Shown: piece by piece, positions 1-10,255 of the stretch
How positions within the stretch are numbered: position 1 is the first letter of the stretch
Layout: each line of letters starts with the position of its first letter
Source of the DNA: Gammaproteobacteria bacterium
Lineage (GTDB): Bacteria; Pseudomonadota; Gammaproteobacteria; Arenicellales; Poriferihabitantaceae
Reading direction: 5' to 3'
NCBI GenBank assembly: GCA_047639475.1
Contig: JBLIOD010000007.1
Coordinates: forward strand, 18,308 to 82,307
Length of the DNA stretch: 64,000 nt
Notes under the pieces: generated by a model
Database searches by the model: none
Told to the model about the DNA's origin: nothing
Seen by the model: the letters and a program-made list of their open reading frames with translations, nothing else
Program-made: the position numbers and the translations under genes

Positions 1-1
1 T

Positions 2-223
2 GACAAGTGTGATCAATCCGGCTTTCGAGGCCGGAAGGGCATCTACGAATTGATCGAAATGGACGAGGTTTTGCGTAAAAAAATACACGACGGTGAGAGT
101 GAGGACGAGATGCTTGAGCATGTACGTAAAACATCGCCCAGTTTGCTGGCTAACGGTTGTAAATTGGTGCTTGAAGGGCGCACTTCGATTAGTGAAATTC
201 TTCGGGTTACCCGAGATCAATAG
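2..223 (+). CDS. gspE: Type II secretion ATPase GspE, C-terminal fragment (gene begins upstream of window)
   Basis: Frame is open from the window edge to TAG at 221-223. The translation ...CDQSGFRGRKGIYELIEMDEVLRKKI...TSISEILRVTRDQ resembles the C-terminal tail of GspE/PilB-type ATPases. It directly precedes gspF with a 1-nt overlap. Confidence 0.75.
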   Translation, partial: DKCDQSGFRGRKGIYELIEMDEVLRKKIHDGESEDEMLEHVRKTSPSLLANGCKLVLEGRTSISEILRVTRDQ

Positions 224-1446
224 TGGCGGCATTTGAATACCTTGCTTTAACGGCGCAAGGCAAAAAGAAAAAGGGTGTTACCACGGGTGACTCTGCGAAG
301 GCTGTTCGCCAATCATTGCGAGAGCAAGGCTTAACACCGCTTGAGGTAACTTCAGTCAACGAAGAACAGACCACTAACCTGGGTGGCGCTATACGAGGCC
401 GCCGCCAAAAAATGAGCACCATGGAGTTGGCAGTATCTACGCGACAGTTTGCCACTTTATTAGATTCTGGGATGCCGATAGAGCAGGCATTGACTGGCTT
501 GGTAGAACAAGCAGACAGGCATTCAATTAAGAGTATTTTTACGGGTGTGCGTTCTGCAGTAATGGAGGGAGGAAGCTTGGCTGTCGGTATGCGCCAATTT
601 CCTCGCGCTTTTCCCGAGTTATATATTGCTTCGGTGGCAGCGGGAGAACAAACAGGCTACCTAGAAGGCGTACTGGAACGACTGGCAGATTACACTGAAG
701 CGCGCCAAGGCTTGCAACAACGCATCAGTACGGCCTTGGTTTACCCGGTTATCCTGACACTGGTGGCAATATTGATTGTTGTAGGGTTAATGGCGTACGT
801 AGTCCCTAAAGTGGTAAAAGTGTTTGACGATACTGGACAGGCATTACCTTATTTAACCAGAGTAATGATTAAGCTGAGCGATTTTATCGTGAACTACGGA
901 CATTTGTTGTTGCTGGCAATTGTGAGTTTGGTCATCTTGTTTTCAGTATTGATGCGTTATGATGGTCCGAAAATGGCTTATCACCGCTTCATTCTGAAGT
1001 TTCCGTTGACTCAGCGCTTATCAAAAAGCTTGAATACTGCGAGAATGGCCCGTACTTTATCTATACTGATTGGCAGCGGCGTACCATTGTTATCAGCGAT
1101 TAAAAGCAGCTCAGAAGTGGTCAGTAATTTGGTGATTAGAGATGCCTTGAAAACCACGTCCGATGAAGTTGAACAAGGCGCCAGTTTAAGTCGATCATTA
1201 AAGCGAAGGAAACTATTCCCCGCTTTGTTGACTCAAATGGTAGCCAGTGGCGAAACCAGTGGTCGATTGGATACCATGTTGGAAAAATCCGCTACTTCAT
1301 TGGAGCGTGAAGCCGAATCAAGAATTTCGGTGGTGGTAAGTTTGTTTGAGCCCATGATGATTTTGATTATGGGTATTGTTGTATTAGTTATTGTGATGGC
1401 AATTTTATTGCCTATTTTTGAATTAAATCAAGCGGTTAGTTTTTAG
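223..1446 (+). CDS. gspF: Type II secretion inner-membrane platform protein GspF
   Basis: 407-aa ORF with a GTG start overlapping the gspE stop. The N-terminus MAAFEYLALT and the polytopic membrane profile are typical of GspF/PilC, and gspG follows. Confidence 0.9.
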   Translation: MAAFEYLALTAQGKKKKGVTTGDSAKAVRQSLREQGLTPLEVTSVNEEQTTNLGGAIRGRRQKMSTMELAVSTRQFATLLDSGMPIEQALTGLVEQADRHSIKSIFTGVRSAVMEGGSLAVGMRQFPRAFPELYIASVAAGEQTGYLEGVLERLADYTEARQGLQQRISTALVYPVILTLVAILIVVGLMAYVVPKVVKVFDDTGQALPYLTRVMIKLSDFIVNYGHLLLLAIVSLVILFSVLMRYDGPKMAYHRFILKFPLTQRLSKSLNTARMARTLSILIGSGVPLLSAIKSSSEVVSNLVIRDALKTTSDEVEQGASLSRSLKRRKLFPALLTQMVASGETSGRLDTMLEKSATSLEREAESRISVVVSLFEPMMILIMGIVVLVIVMAILLPIFELNQAVSF

Positions 1447-1448
1447 TT

Positions 1449-1850
1449 ATGATTAGGAAAAGTACGCACAAAAAGCAAAGTGGTTTTACGCTTATAGAGA
1501 TCATGGTCGTAGTGGTTATTATTGGCATGTTGGCAACGGTTGTTTTGCCTAAAGTGCTAGGGGGTCAAGATAAAGCAATGGTCGCAAAAGCTAAAAGCGA
1601 TGTTAGAGCACTCTCCAGCTCAATCAAAATGTTCAAGCTAGATAATTTCAAATACCCAAATTCTCTGAATGAATTAACCACTGGTGGCTCGACGGGCAAA
1701 GGCTATATAGATGTTTTGCCAAAAGACCCGTGGGGAAAGGACTACCAATATTCAAGTGCGGGTTCGCACTTAGAGTTTGATGTTTGGTCTACCGGTACAG
1801 GCGACTCGGGCAAGCAAATAGGCAATTGGAATCTTCACGAAATCAAGTAA
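1449..1850 (+). CDS. gspG: Type II secretion major pseudopilin GspG
   Basis: 133 aa. Short basic leader followed by the GFTLIEIMVVVVIIG prepilin cleavage/N-methylation motif. Size and operon position fit GspG. Confidence 0.9.
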   Translation: MIRKSTHKKQSGFTLIEIMVVVVIIGMLATVVLPKVLGGQDKAMVAKAKSDVRALSSSIKMFKLDNFKYPNSLNELTTGGSTGKGYIDVLPKDPWGKDYQYSSAGSHLEFDVWSTGTGDSGKQIGNWNLHEIK

Positions 1851-1890
1851 GCTCTCTAATTATATCAAAACGTTTGATGCTTGCGGAAGA

Positions 1891-2532
1891 ATGAAATTTC
1901 GCAATAGTAATAGAACCGCTTTACGCGCGCAGCCAGACACTGCCGCACCCGCTGAGAAGGGCTTTACGTTAATAGAGATCATGGTGGCGGTGTTTATTAT
2001 GGTGATTGCGACTAGTTTCATGGTGGCCAATATCGGGCAATCAAGTGGACGAGTCTTGCGTCAAGAAGCACGCACCATCGCAACGATGATAAACCATGGT
2101 TTAGATGAAGCTGTGTTAACAGGGCAAGTTTTAGGCGTACAAATTGATTCGTCCAAGCAAACCTACCAGTTTATAAATATTGGCAGTGGTCTGGCTCTAG
2201 CGGCTGACTCTGAGGGTGAAAAAGACAGTTTTATGCGATTAAGAACACTTCCTGAGGGGGTTAGCATCAACTTGGACTTAACAAAGCGCAAGAAAAAGAA
2301 TCAATCAACATTTACCCCCAGTCGTGTTAGTGAGGTGCTTAATTCGAGTATTTTGGATAAAGCCTCCAATGTGTTCGATGACGATTCTAGGCCAAGGAAT
2401 GCTGTGGTTATGGAACCCAATGGTTTGATCACGCCTTTTACGTTGATGCTGCAAGCTGATAAAGAAAGTGTCATCATTAAATTAAGTGATGCGGGTTTTG
2501 CTGTGGTAGTTGACCCAAAGAATAAAGGCTAA
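1891..2532 (+). CDS. gspH: Type II secretion minor pseudopilin GspH
   Basis: 213 aa with the KGFTLIEIMVAVFIM prepilin motif, located after gspG. The predicted leader before G|F is long (23 aa). Confidence 0.7.
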   Translation: MKFRNSNRTALRAQPDTAAPAEKGFTLIEIMVAVFIMVIATSFMVANIGQSSGRVLRQEARTIATMINHGLDEAVLTGQVLGVQIDSSKQTYQFINIGSGLALAADSEGEKDSFMRLRTLPEGVSINLDLTKRKKKNQSTFTPSRVSEVLNSSILDKASNVFDDDSRPRNAVVMEPNGLITPFTLMLQADKESVIIKLSDAGFAVVVDPKNKG

Positions 2533-2533
2533 T

Positions 2534-2920
2534 ATGAGAGAGAAACCGTTAACTCACTCCATCGGTTTTACATTGCTAGAGGTGATGGTCGCCTTGGCCA
2601 TTGCCGCAGTGGGCTTGGGGGCGGTAGCGAGGTCAATGGGGCAGAGTATTGATGTGGCTGACAAGCTATCAAATAAAATGTTGGCTACCTGGGTGGCCAG
2701 TAATCAACTTTCTAAGTTGCATATTGAGCGTAAATACTTATCGGGCGGTGGAGAAAATGATTCTGCCACAATGGGCGGCAGAGAGTGGTCTATCCAAACT
2801 GAATATACGCCAACTGATAACAATGAATTGTCTAGGGTCGACGTAACTGTATACCCTGAGGGCGGTGATCGAAATCAGCCTGCGGCTAGGTTGTTCGGCT
2901 TTGTTTCTCAGCCAAATTGA
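2534..2920 (+). CDS. gspI: Type II secretion minor pseudopilin GspI
   Basis: GFTLLEVMVALAIAAVG prepilin motif. I prefer the ATG at 2534 (after the gspH stop) over the TTG at 2510 used by the ORF track. Confidence 0.75.
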   Translation: MREKPLTHSIGFTLLEVMVALAIAAVGLGAVARSMGQSIDVADKLSNKMLATWVASNQLSKLHIERKYLSGGGENDSATMGGREWSIQTEYTPTDNNELSRVDVTVYPEGGDRNQPAARLFGFVSQPN

Positions 2921-3528
2921 GCGTGGTTAAAAATAGCTGTGTAGCTTCCCGACTAGGCGGGTTTAGCTTGATGGAAGTGTTGGTGTCTATCGCAGTTTTT
3001 GCGGTAGTCGCAGGTATTTCATACTCTACGCTCGACAGCTATATAGATCAACGCGAACGTTTGGCAGTGCATTACGGCAAGCTTGATAAGCTGCAGCGTT
3101 TATTTATCTTGCTGGAAAGAGATTTTCAATCAATTACCGATCGTCCTGTGAAATCAGGTTCTACTATCAAAGGGTCGATCGAAAAAGATGCCAGCACGGT
3201 GATAGGTATGACCATCAGCGAACCAGATTATAATTCACCATTGGGGGTCGCGCTGAAGCGTGTCGAGTGGGTTTTGGAGGGCGATGAATTACTGCGTAAA
3301 GTTTGGGACGTGCTCGATACCGATGGTAACTATGAGCCAGAAGAGCAAATAATAGGTACCTCAATAGAGGAAGTAGGTTTGGAGTTTCTATTTTATTCAA
3401 GCGATTCAGGGGTTGAGAAAAACGAAAAGCTAAATGGAAATTACCCTGATGGCATTAAAGTCAGTATTAGGCTGGAATCGGGCGACGAATACAGTCGTTT
3501 GTTTGAAGTGGCCAAACCTTTACGCTAA
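2917..3528 (+). CDS. gspJ: Type II secretion minor pseudopilin GspJ
   Basis: 203 aa with the GGFSLMEVLVSIAVFAVV prepilin motif. The TTG start overlaps the gspI stop (TTGA). Confidence 0.75.
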   Translation: MSVVKNSCVASRLGGFSLMEVLVSIAVFAVVAGISYSTLDSYIDQRERLAVHYGKLDKLQRLFILLERDFQSITDRPVKSGSTIKGSIEKDASTVIGMTISEPDYNSPLGVALKRVEWVLEGDELLRKVWDVLDTDGNYEPEEQIIGTSIEEVGLEFLFYSSDSGVEKNEKLNGNYPDGIKVSIRLESGDEYSRLFEVAKPLR

Positions 3529-3530
3529 GC

Positions 3531-4631
3531 ATGTTTAGTGCTAATAACAGACTTGGCCTGCATTCCCTGCAACGAGGCGTAGCGCTGTTAACGGTTTTAT
3601 TTGTTTTGGTGCTCTTGACCACTTTAGCGGTATACATCGCAGAAGATGAACACTTGGCGATTCGGAAATTGGAGAATCAACGGGATGCTGAACAAAGTAG
3701 GCAGGTGGCATTGGGTGGCGAAGTATGGGTGGCTAAGGCGCTTGAGCAGGACGCCAATCGTCGTTCAGGAACAGCATGCAGCAGCGGTACAGCGTGTTTA
3801 ATGGATTCTTGGGCAACCATTGCTGGGAGTACCATTGCTTTAGAAGATGGCACTATGCAAGTCACTGCTTACGATGAATCAGGTAAGTTCAATTTGAATA
3901 ATTTGGTGGATGGTCGAGAGATTCGCGATCCAAGCGCTACGGCAACGAGTACCGACCCACTCATCTCGCCTTGGTATAGCCTATTTCAAAGGCTGCTGAT
4001 ATCACAGGGAATAGAAGAAGAAAAGGTTGATCTGGTTGTGGATTGGATCGACGCAAATGATGAAGCTTCTCTATCAGGCGCTGAAAGCAGTGCTTACTTA
4101 TCAAGTGATAATGGCCCTTATTTAGCGCCGAATCACCCTATGTCATCCATTTCAGAACTTAATTTTATCGATGGATTTACCGACGCAGAGATTAAAAAAT
4201 TAGCGCCATTGGTAACAGCTTTACCCGTCACGCCTGGGTTGATCAATGGAGATAGCCAGTTTCCTGATCTAAGCGGAGACTTGATAAAGATAAATATCTC
4301 TACGGCTGGTCCTGAAATTCTCTCTGTTCTGCAGGAAGCAACACTGGAAAGCTACACCTTAGAGGCCATAAAAGCAGATCAAAAAGCGGGTCTGTATAGT
4401 ACTGTTAGTTCTGCATTGCATAATTTTGATGCCAATGAAAGAGAGCAAGTAGAGGCCCTAATTGATGTAAAAAGTAACTACTTCAGTGTGACTAGCTGTG
4501 CAAAATATGGACGCGTGACTTATTCACTAAAGAGTATACTAGAACGCACTCAAGATACCCAAAATCCCAAGATTTCGGTATTATCCAGACAAAGAACATA
4601 TCGCTGTGAGTTAACCACTGAGACGCAATGA
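3531..4631 (+). CDS. gspK: Type II secretion minor pseudopilin GspK
   Basis: 366 aa with an N-terminal hydrophobic helix (GVALLTVLFVLVLLTTLAVY). Size and position between gspJ and gspL fit GspK. Confidence 0.75.
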   Translation: MFSANNRLGLHSLQRGVALLTVLFVLVLLTTLAVYIAEDEHLAIRKLENQRDAEQSRQVALGGEVWVAKALEQDANRRSGTACSSGTACLMDSWATIAGSTIALEDGTMQVTAYDESGKFNLNNLVDGREIRDPSATATSTDPLISPWYSLFQRLLISQGIEEEKVDLVVDWIDANDEASLSGAESSAYLSSDNGPYLAPNHPMSSISELNFIDGFTDAEIKKLAPLVTALPVTPGLINGDSQFPDLSGDLIKINISTAGPEILSVLQEATLESYTLEAIKADQKAGLYSTVSSALHNFDANEREQVEALIDVKSNYFSVTSCAKYGRVTYSLKSILERTQDTQNPKISVLSRQRTYRCELTTETQ

Positions 4632-5815
4632 AATTATTGATTTCTACACACGCTCCCTATTATTGGGCTAAGCTAAATAGCAAAGGAGCACTGACTGAAA
4701 AGGGCGAGGTCACTGACGGCAGCTTTCTAAAGTTGATACTCAAAGGCATTACGTCTATCGTGGGAGTGGTGCCTGGTGAAAAGGTGACTCTACATAGCGT
4801 AGACGTGCCAACGAATCGTCATGCAAACATGCTGGCAGCAGTGCCTTACACCTTAGAAGAAAAACTCAGCGAAGACATTGATGATCTGCATTTTTCTGTT
4901 TTAAATTGGAAGGCAGGTCAAGCAGCGCAGGTCGCAGTGATTAGTAAGCAAACTGTCGATTCGGTGATTGAATCGTTTGGTGGTGCGGCCAATATGTTAG
5001 ATAGTATCGTACCAGATTATGCCTTCTTGCCCCTTCATAGTAATGGCAGTGCCACGGTTGCTAGAGGCACGGGTGATCGATATTTTTTGAAAGAAGGCGA
5101 ATTTAAAACCGCAGTAATGGATGAGTTTGCCTTTAAATATTGGTGGCAAAGCGTGGATTTACACGCTAGTTTCGCGGTTAATAATCGTGATTTGGCCAAT
5201 GAAATGAAGACCAATGGTGGAGAGGATGTCAATCTGTGGGATATCGGGGAAAACTTTACCGACTGGCTGAAACATGGCCCTTTGCCAGACATCCAAAAGA
5301 TTTCATTGTTACGAGAAGCCTACGAACCGGCACATTTGAAGCCGAAGAATACTTTACTAAACTGGTCAGTCGGTCTGGCAGCATGCGCGTTATTATCCTT
5401 GGGCGTGTCAAATTGGGTTGAACTTGAGCGGATGAAAGACAAGTACCAAGCCAACGAACTAGAGATCAAATCGTTATTTGCTAAAACGTTTCCAGATCAA
5501 GAGTACCTAGATCAACCTAAACGCCAAATTGCGACACTGCTGTCGATAGACGTGTCGGGTGGCTCTCAGGAGATCTTTCAATTTCTTCTAGAAAAAGTCA
5601 TGCAAGTTGCGCCACAAAATAAGGCGAGCTTTTTGGAAATTAATTTTCGAAATCAAGCGCTGCAAGTAGGCGTTACTGCGCCTAATTTTGCTGCTCTAGA
5701 GAAGATGACATCTCAGATAGATGAAGCGGCAGGTGTACGTGCGGCATTGGTTTCTTCTGGCTCGGAAGCCAATAAGGTCAAAGGGCAAATTAAACTAATC
5801 GCGAGCGACTCCTAA
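4628..5815 (+). CDS. gspL: Type II secretion protein GspL
   Basis: 395 aa with a 4-nt overlap with gspK and one central TM segment (LLNWSVGLAACALLSLGVSNWV). Operon position fits GspL. Confidence 0.7.
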   Translation: MKLLISTHAPYYWAKLNSKGALTEKGEVTDGSFLKLILKGITSIVGVVPGEKVTLHSVDVPTNRHANMLAAVPYTLEEKLSEDIDDLHFSVLNWKAGQAAQVAVISKQTVDSVIESFGGAANMLDSIVPDYAFLPLHSNGSATVARGTGDRYFLKEGEFKTAVMDEFAFKYWWQSVDLHASFAVNNRDLANEMKTNGGEDVNLWDIGENFTDWLKHGPLPDIQKISLLREAYEPAHLKPKNTLLNWSVGLAACALLSLGVSNWVELERMKDKYQANELEIKSLFAKTFPDQEYLDQPKRQIATLLSIDVSGGSQEIFQFLLEKVMQVAPQNKASFLEINFRNQALQVGVTAPNFAALEKMTSQIDEAAGVRAALVSSGSEANKVKGQIKLIASDS

Positions 5816-6288
5816 TGACCGGTTTGTTTTCATCAATCACTGAACGTGAACGTAACTTGCTTATCTTTGCAGGACTATTTACAGCGGCAATTATTTTCTA
5901 CCTCTACTTGTGGGAACCAAAAATGAAGGAGCTCAATGACTACAGGCAAAATAAGTTGCCAGAGTCAGCTCAAACTTTGGCTTGGGTGAAGCAGGCATTA
6001 GGTTCGGTGAACTTAGACGAGTTGGGGAAACAACCCAAAAAAATACAAGGGCCTCTATTGACCGTGCTAGAGCAAACTGCTGAAACAGTTGAAGTACGTG
6101 CTTCTATTCAACGTGTGCAACCTGATCAAAATCAGTCAGTTAAGGTGTGGTTGACGAATGTTGAGTTTGATAGCTGGCTTAATTGGCTTGAGCTGTTAAA
6201 AGTCCAAGGTGTAATTGTTCAGAGTGCTGGGGTTGTTAAGAAAACGCCTGGTATCGTGGATATTCGAATGACGGTTGGGCGAAATTAA
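5815..6288 (+). CDS. gspM: Type II secretion protein GspM
   Basis: 157 aa with a 1-nt overlap with gspL and an N-terminal TM helix (LLIFAGLFTAAIIFYLYLW). Operon position fits GspM. Confidence 0.65.
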   Translation: MTGLFSSITERERNLLIFAGLFTAAIIFYLYLWEPKMKELNDYRQNKLPESAQTLAWVKQALGSVNLDELGKQPKKIQGPLLTVLEQTAETVEVRASIQRVQPDQNQSVKVWLTNVEFDSWLNWLELLKVQGVIVQSAGVVKKTPGIVDIRMTVGRN

Positions 6289-6313
6289 GGCTCGTCACAT
6301 TTAAATTTCTAAT

Positions 6314-8050
6314 ATGACTCAATATGAAATCATGCGCCGTAAAGCGCATGTTGAAGACGACGGAGCGCTGAGCGCCTACCATCCTGTGGTTAAACGGGTG
6401 CTCATTAATCGGTCTATTTCACAGCCAGAACAAATTACTTATGTCTTAAATGGCCTCTCTCCTCCTGCTAAATTATTTGGTTTAGATGCCGCAGTTAATC
6501 GCATCGCGATGGCACTTGAGCAGGAACAAGCCATACAAATTGTCGGTGACTACGATGTAGACGGAGCGACCTCTACTACGCTGGCAATGGAAGGTTTGAC
6601 GCAGATGGGATGTAAGAATGTAAGTTACTGCGTCCCGAATCGTTTTGACTATGGTTACGGCCTATCGCTAAAGCTTGCACAAGAAATGTTGAAGAACCCA
6701 CCCAACTTAGTCATCACGGTGGATAACGGCATTTCTAGCATCGAAGGAGTTGCCTTACTGAAACAACACAACATCGATGTCGTAGTAACCGACCATCACT
6801 TGCCAGGTGAGGCATTGCCTGACGCGGTGGCAATAGTTAATCCCAATCAAGCAGCCTGTAATTTTCCGAGCAAGATGTTGGCAGGTGTGGGAGTCATATT
6901 TTATTTAATGCTTGCGTTGCGTGCATACTTACAGAAATCTAATTGGTTTGAGCAGAAAAGCATTACGGTACCCCCGTTGGTGGATTTACTGGACTTGGTT
7001 GCCTTGGGCACCGTGGCGGATTTGGTACCATTGGATGAAAATAATCGAATTTTGGTGGCCCAGGGCGTTGCCAGAATGCGAAGCGGTAAAACACGGCCCG
7101 GTATAAAAGCATTAATGCAGGTCGCGAAGCGTGATTTGTCTAACTTGGTGGCCAACGATTTGGGCTACAGCGTGGGGCCTCGGCTTAATGCCGCTGGCAG
7201 GTTGGCAGATATCGCCACAGGGATAGAGTGTTTACTGGCTAAATCTGAGCAAGCTGCCCGCCAATTAGCAGATGCCTTAGATGAGATAAATCAACAACGT
7301 AAGAGTGTTGAACTAGAGATGCAAAGCCAAGCCTTTTCGGTATTAGATGCCTTAAACCTATCAGAAAGTGAAGCTAATCAAAGTGCCGTTGCGCTGTTTG
7401 ATGACAGCTGGCATGAAGGGGTAGTCGGTTTGGTCGCTTCAAGGGTGAAAGACAAAACAGGGTTGCCAGCAGCTATTTTTGCTCCCGGTGCCGACGGTAT
7501 GATTAAAGGCTCATGCCGCTCTATTAAACAAGTGCATATTCGCGATGTGTTAGCGACTATTAATGCCCAGCAACCAGGTTTAATTGTAAAGTTCGGTGGT
7601 CACGCGATGGCGGCTGGCTTAAGCTTAAAGCAGCTAGACTTTGATTCCTTTCAGCAGGCGTTTTATCAAGAGATAGAGCGGGTAATGAAAGGGCTGCCGC
7701 GTGAAAATCAAATATGGACAGATGGCGCGTTAACAGGAAATGAACTCAGTATGGAGTTGGCTGAAGCGCTCAGAACTTTGTCCCCTTGGGGCCAAGCTTT
7801 TCCTGCTCCCCAGTTTGATGGGATATTTAAGGTATTGAGCGCTAGAGTCGTAGGCGAAACGCATTTGAAGCTGTGCTTACAACCAGAAGGCATGCATAAT
7901 TCCATAGATGGAATCGCTTTTCGTTACATTGATGAGCCAGGCAAAAAAATCGATTTTGATTTGATTCATGCAGTTTATACTTTAGACGTGAACGAATTCA
8001 GAGGCAATAAAAGCGTGCAACTTATTATTCAGTATTTAGAAGCAATATAA
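6314..8050 (+). CDS. recJ: Single-stranded-DNA-specific exonuclease RecJ
   Basis: 578 aa with DHH-family motifs (GDYDVDGATS, VDNG, VVTDHH) and the DHHA1 GGH motif (FGGHAMAAG). Confidence 0.9.
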   Translation: MTQYEIMRRKAHVEDDGALSAYHPVVKRVLINRSISQPEQITYVLNGLSPPAKLFGLDAAVNRIAMALEQEQAIQIVGDYDVDGATSTTLAMEGLTQMGCKNVSYCVPNRFDYGYGLSLKLAQEMLKNPPNLVITVDNGISSIEGVALLKQHNIDVVVTDHHLPGEALPDAVAIVNPNQAACNFPSKMLAGVGVIFYLMLALRAYLQKSNWFEQKSITVPPLVDLLDLVALGTVADLVPLDENNRILVAQGVARMRSGKTRPGIKALMQVAKRDLSNLVANDLGYSVGPRLNAAGRLADIATGIECLLAKSEQAARQLADALDEINQQRKSVELEMQSQAFSVLDALNLSESEANQSAVALFDDSWHEGVVGLVASRVKDKTGLPAAIFAPGADGMIKGSCRSIKQVHIRDVLATINAQQPGLIVKFGGHAMAAGLSLKQLDFDSFQQAFYQEIERVMKGLPRENQIWTDGALTGNELSMELAEALRTLSPWGQAFPAPQFDGIFKVLSARVVGETHLKLCLQPEGMHNSIDGIAFRYIDEPGKKIDFDLIHAVYTLDVNEFRGNKSVQLIIQYLEAI

Positions 8051-8940
8051 TGATCAATTACCCAACTATTGAATCAATCATAGGCAATACGCCATTGGTG
8101 CGAGCGCAAAGAATCGTGCCTGATGACAGCAACGTCTATTTGTTAAAGCTCGAAGGAAATAATCCCGCGGGTTCGGTAAAAGACAGGCCTGCATTGAATA
8201 TGATTAACCAAGCTGAATTGGCGGGGAAAATCAAACCGGGCGATACACTGATAGAAGCTACTAGTGGGAATACCGGCATTGCTTTAGCCATGATTGCCGC
8301 GATAAAAGGTTATAAAATCATACTAATAATGCCCGACAATATGACGGCTGAACGTCGAGCCACGATGGGCGTTTATGGTGCTGAAATGATATTAGTTTCA
8401 GAAGAGCAGGGAATGGAAGGGGCTAGAGACTTGGCCTTGGAGATGCAACAACAGGGGAAGGGGATGTTACTTGACCAATTCTCAAATAAAGATAATCCTA
8501 ATGCTCACGTTAAGTCTACTGGGCCTGAACTATGGCAGCAAACTGAAGGGTCAATCTCGCACTTTGTCAGCTCTATGGGTACCACTGGCACGATTATGGG
8601 CGTGTCAGCATATCTTAAATCTAAAAATCCAGACATCGAAATTGTGGGTGTACGTCCCCAAGAAGGTGCTTCCATTCCCGGTATTAGACGATGGCCAGAA
8701 GCTTATTTGCCCAAAATTTTTGATGACGCAAATGTCAATCAATATATTGATGTATCTCAGCAGCAAGCGGAAGAAACAGCTAAACGCCTTGCTGCAGAAG
8801 AAGGTTTGTTTTGTGGAGTGTCTTCTGGTGGGGCATTTGCGGCTGCACTGCAATTGGGGGGACAGATAGAAAACAGCGTGATAGTAACCATCATTTGTGA
8901 CCGAGGTGACCGATACTTGAGCAGCGGGGTTTTCAATTAG
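8050..8940 (+). CDS. cysM: Cysteine synthase B-like PLP enzyme
   Basis: 296 aa with KLEGNNPAGSVKDRPALNMI (PLP lysine block), SGNTGIALA and GVSSGG motifs. Length and the first block look more CysM-like than CysK-like. The ATG overlaps the recJ stop. Confidence 0.75.
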   Translation: MINYPTIESIIGNTPLVRAQRIVPDDSNVYLLKLEGNNPAGSVKDRPALNMINQAELAGKIKPGDTLIEATSGNTGIALAMIAAIKGYKIILIMPDNMTAERRATMGVYGAEMILVSEEQGMEGARDLALEMQQQGKGMLLDQFSNKDNPNAHVKSTGPELWQQTEGSISHFVSSMGTTGTIMGVSAYLKSKNPDIEIVGVRPQEGASIPGIRRWPEAYLPKIFDDANVNQYIDVSQQQAEETAKRLAAEEGLFCGVSSGGAFAAALQLGGQIENSVIVTIICDRGDRYLSSGVFN

Positions 8941-9023
8941 TTTACTGTAAGATCAATATTTTATGGCCTTATTAAATCACTTTGTCAGTGAACTGACAGC
9001 GTTAAACAATTATAATAGGTTGG

Positions 9024-10196
9024 ATGCCATTCTCATTCTCATCGTATGCGCGATTCCCACTCGTCGTGCTATGCGGTGTCGTGCTAACAGGTTGCAGCGC
9101 CTCGCAACGCCCTTTAGAGGTGATCACAAGCGCAGAAGACAATAAACTGCCCATTGTTTCTGCGGAGTCTGTGGATCAAGCGAATTCTCGGATAGAAAAT
9201 CATCGGTTTGCATCGTTTCGCTATACGATCGTTCCTGAACGCTTGCATGCATCGGCCGTTTCAAAAATTAAAAAGTGGGCTGAAGGTACACTAGCCCAAC
9301 CTCAGAAAGCAGTGGAACGAAATCCCCAGGTTGCTAAAGTTAACTCTCTACCTGGCTTAGATAAAACTGTCAGGACGCTTGAACAAAGGTTATATTGTAA
9401 TCGCGTTGCTAAGCACTTAAATAGCGTCAAAATGGAAGACTGTTTGAAGCCAGTATATAGCTCAACAGGGGCAAAGACAGTGCAAGGCCAATCTATTATG
9501 GCAACATACTTTGGCAAAGTAACAGGTGTTAAACCGATAGGCAAAGTACTGTTACTTGGGGGCACCCATGGCGACGAACTGTCCTCAGCAAGTATTGTAT
9601 TTGAGTGGGCAAATTTCCTGCGAGCAGAACACTCAGGTGAATTCATTTGGCAAGTAGTGCCGATTGTGAATTTAGACGGTTTGCTGAGCGATCAACCGAC
9701 TAGAACCAATGCCAATGGCATAGATTTGAACCGCAATATGCCTACGCCAGACTGGCAAAATTCAGCGCTTAAGTATTGGCGTGAACAGGCGGGTGAGTTA
9801 CCACGGAAGTTTCCAGGTTATAGATCTGGCAGCGAACCCGAGACGCTATGGCTAGTTGATGAAATTGCTCGGTTTAAGCCTGATATGATTATCAGCGTGC
9901 ATGCCCCTCACAATATGATTGACTATGATGCCCCTAGCCGCACCAATGCGCCTCGGCGTATTGGTCAAATAAAAGCTGGCTTGCTGGGAACTTACCCGGG
10001 GTCCCTTGGCAGTTATGCAGGGGAAAAAAGAGGTATTCCGGTCGTAACGATTGAATTGCCTGATGCCAATAAAGCCATCGGGCAAAACGAACTCAGCAAA
10101 ATGTGGGGTGATTTATTCGCTTGGCTAGTAAAGACCATTCCCGTCGAAAATAATCGTTTTAGCAAAGAGCGACAATTTGCCAAACTAGATCTCTGA
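9024..10196 (+). CDS. M14-family zinc carboxypeptidase/amidase lipoprotein
   Basis: 390 aa with a lipobox (VVLTGCSAS), an HxxE zinc motif (GGTHGDELSS), and NLDG...NANGIDLNRN and SVHAP blocks typical of M14 peptidases. Confidence 0.7.
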   Translation: MPFSFSSYARFPLVVLCGVVLTGCSASQRPLEVITSAEDNKLPIVSAESVDQANSRIENHRFASFRYTIVPERLHASAVSKIKKWAEGTLAQPQKAVERNPQVAKVNSLPGLDKTVRTLEQRLYCNRVAKHLNSVKMEDCLKPVYSSTGAKTVQGQSIMATYFGKVTGVKPIGKVLLLGGTHGDELSSASIVFEWANFLRAEHSGEFIWQVVPIVNLDGLLSDQPTRTNANGIDLNRNMPTPDWQNSALKYWREQAGELPRKFPGYRSGSEPETLWLVDEIARFKPDMIISVHAPHNMIDYDAPSRTNAPRRIGQIKAGLLGTYPGSLGSYAGEKRGIPVVTIELPDANKAIGQNELSKMWGDLFAWLVKTIPVENNRFSKERQFAKLDL

Positions 10197-10255
10197 TAAA
10201 CGCGCTTCTTGTTCGTTGATAGCCCTCTTTCGGTTAGCGGGGAACTAAGCTTCAA

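Noticed and set aside
1891-1965. Unusually long (23-aa) leader peptide on GspH
   Set aside because: It may simply reflect a mis-set start. No alternative ATG/GTG/TTG with an RBS was evident nearer the GFTLIE motif. Leader length in minor pseudopilins is variable and has no clear functional implication.
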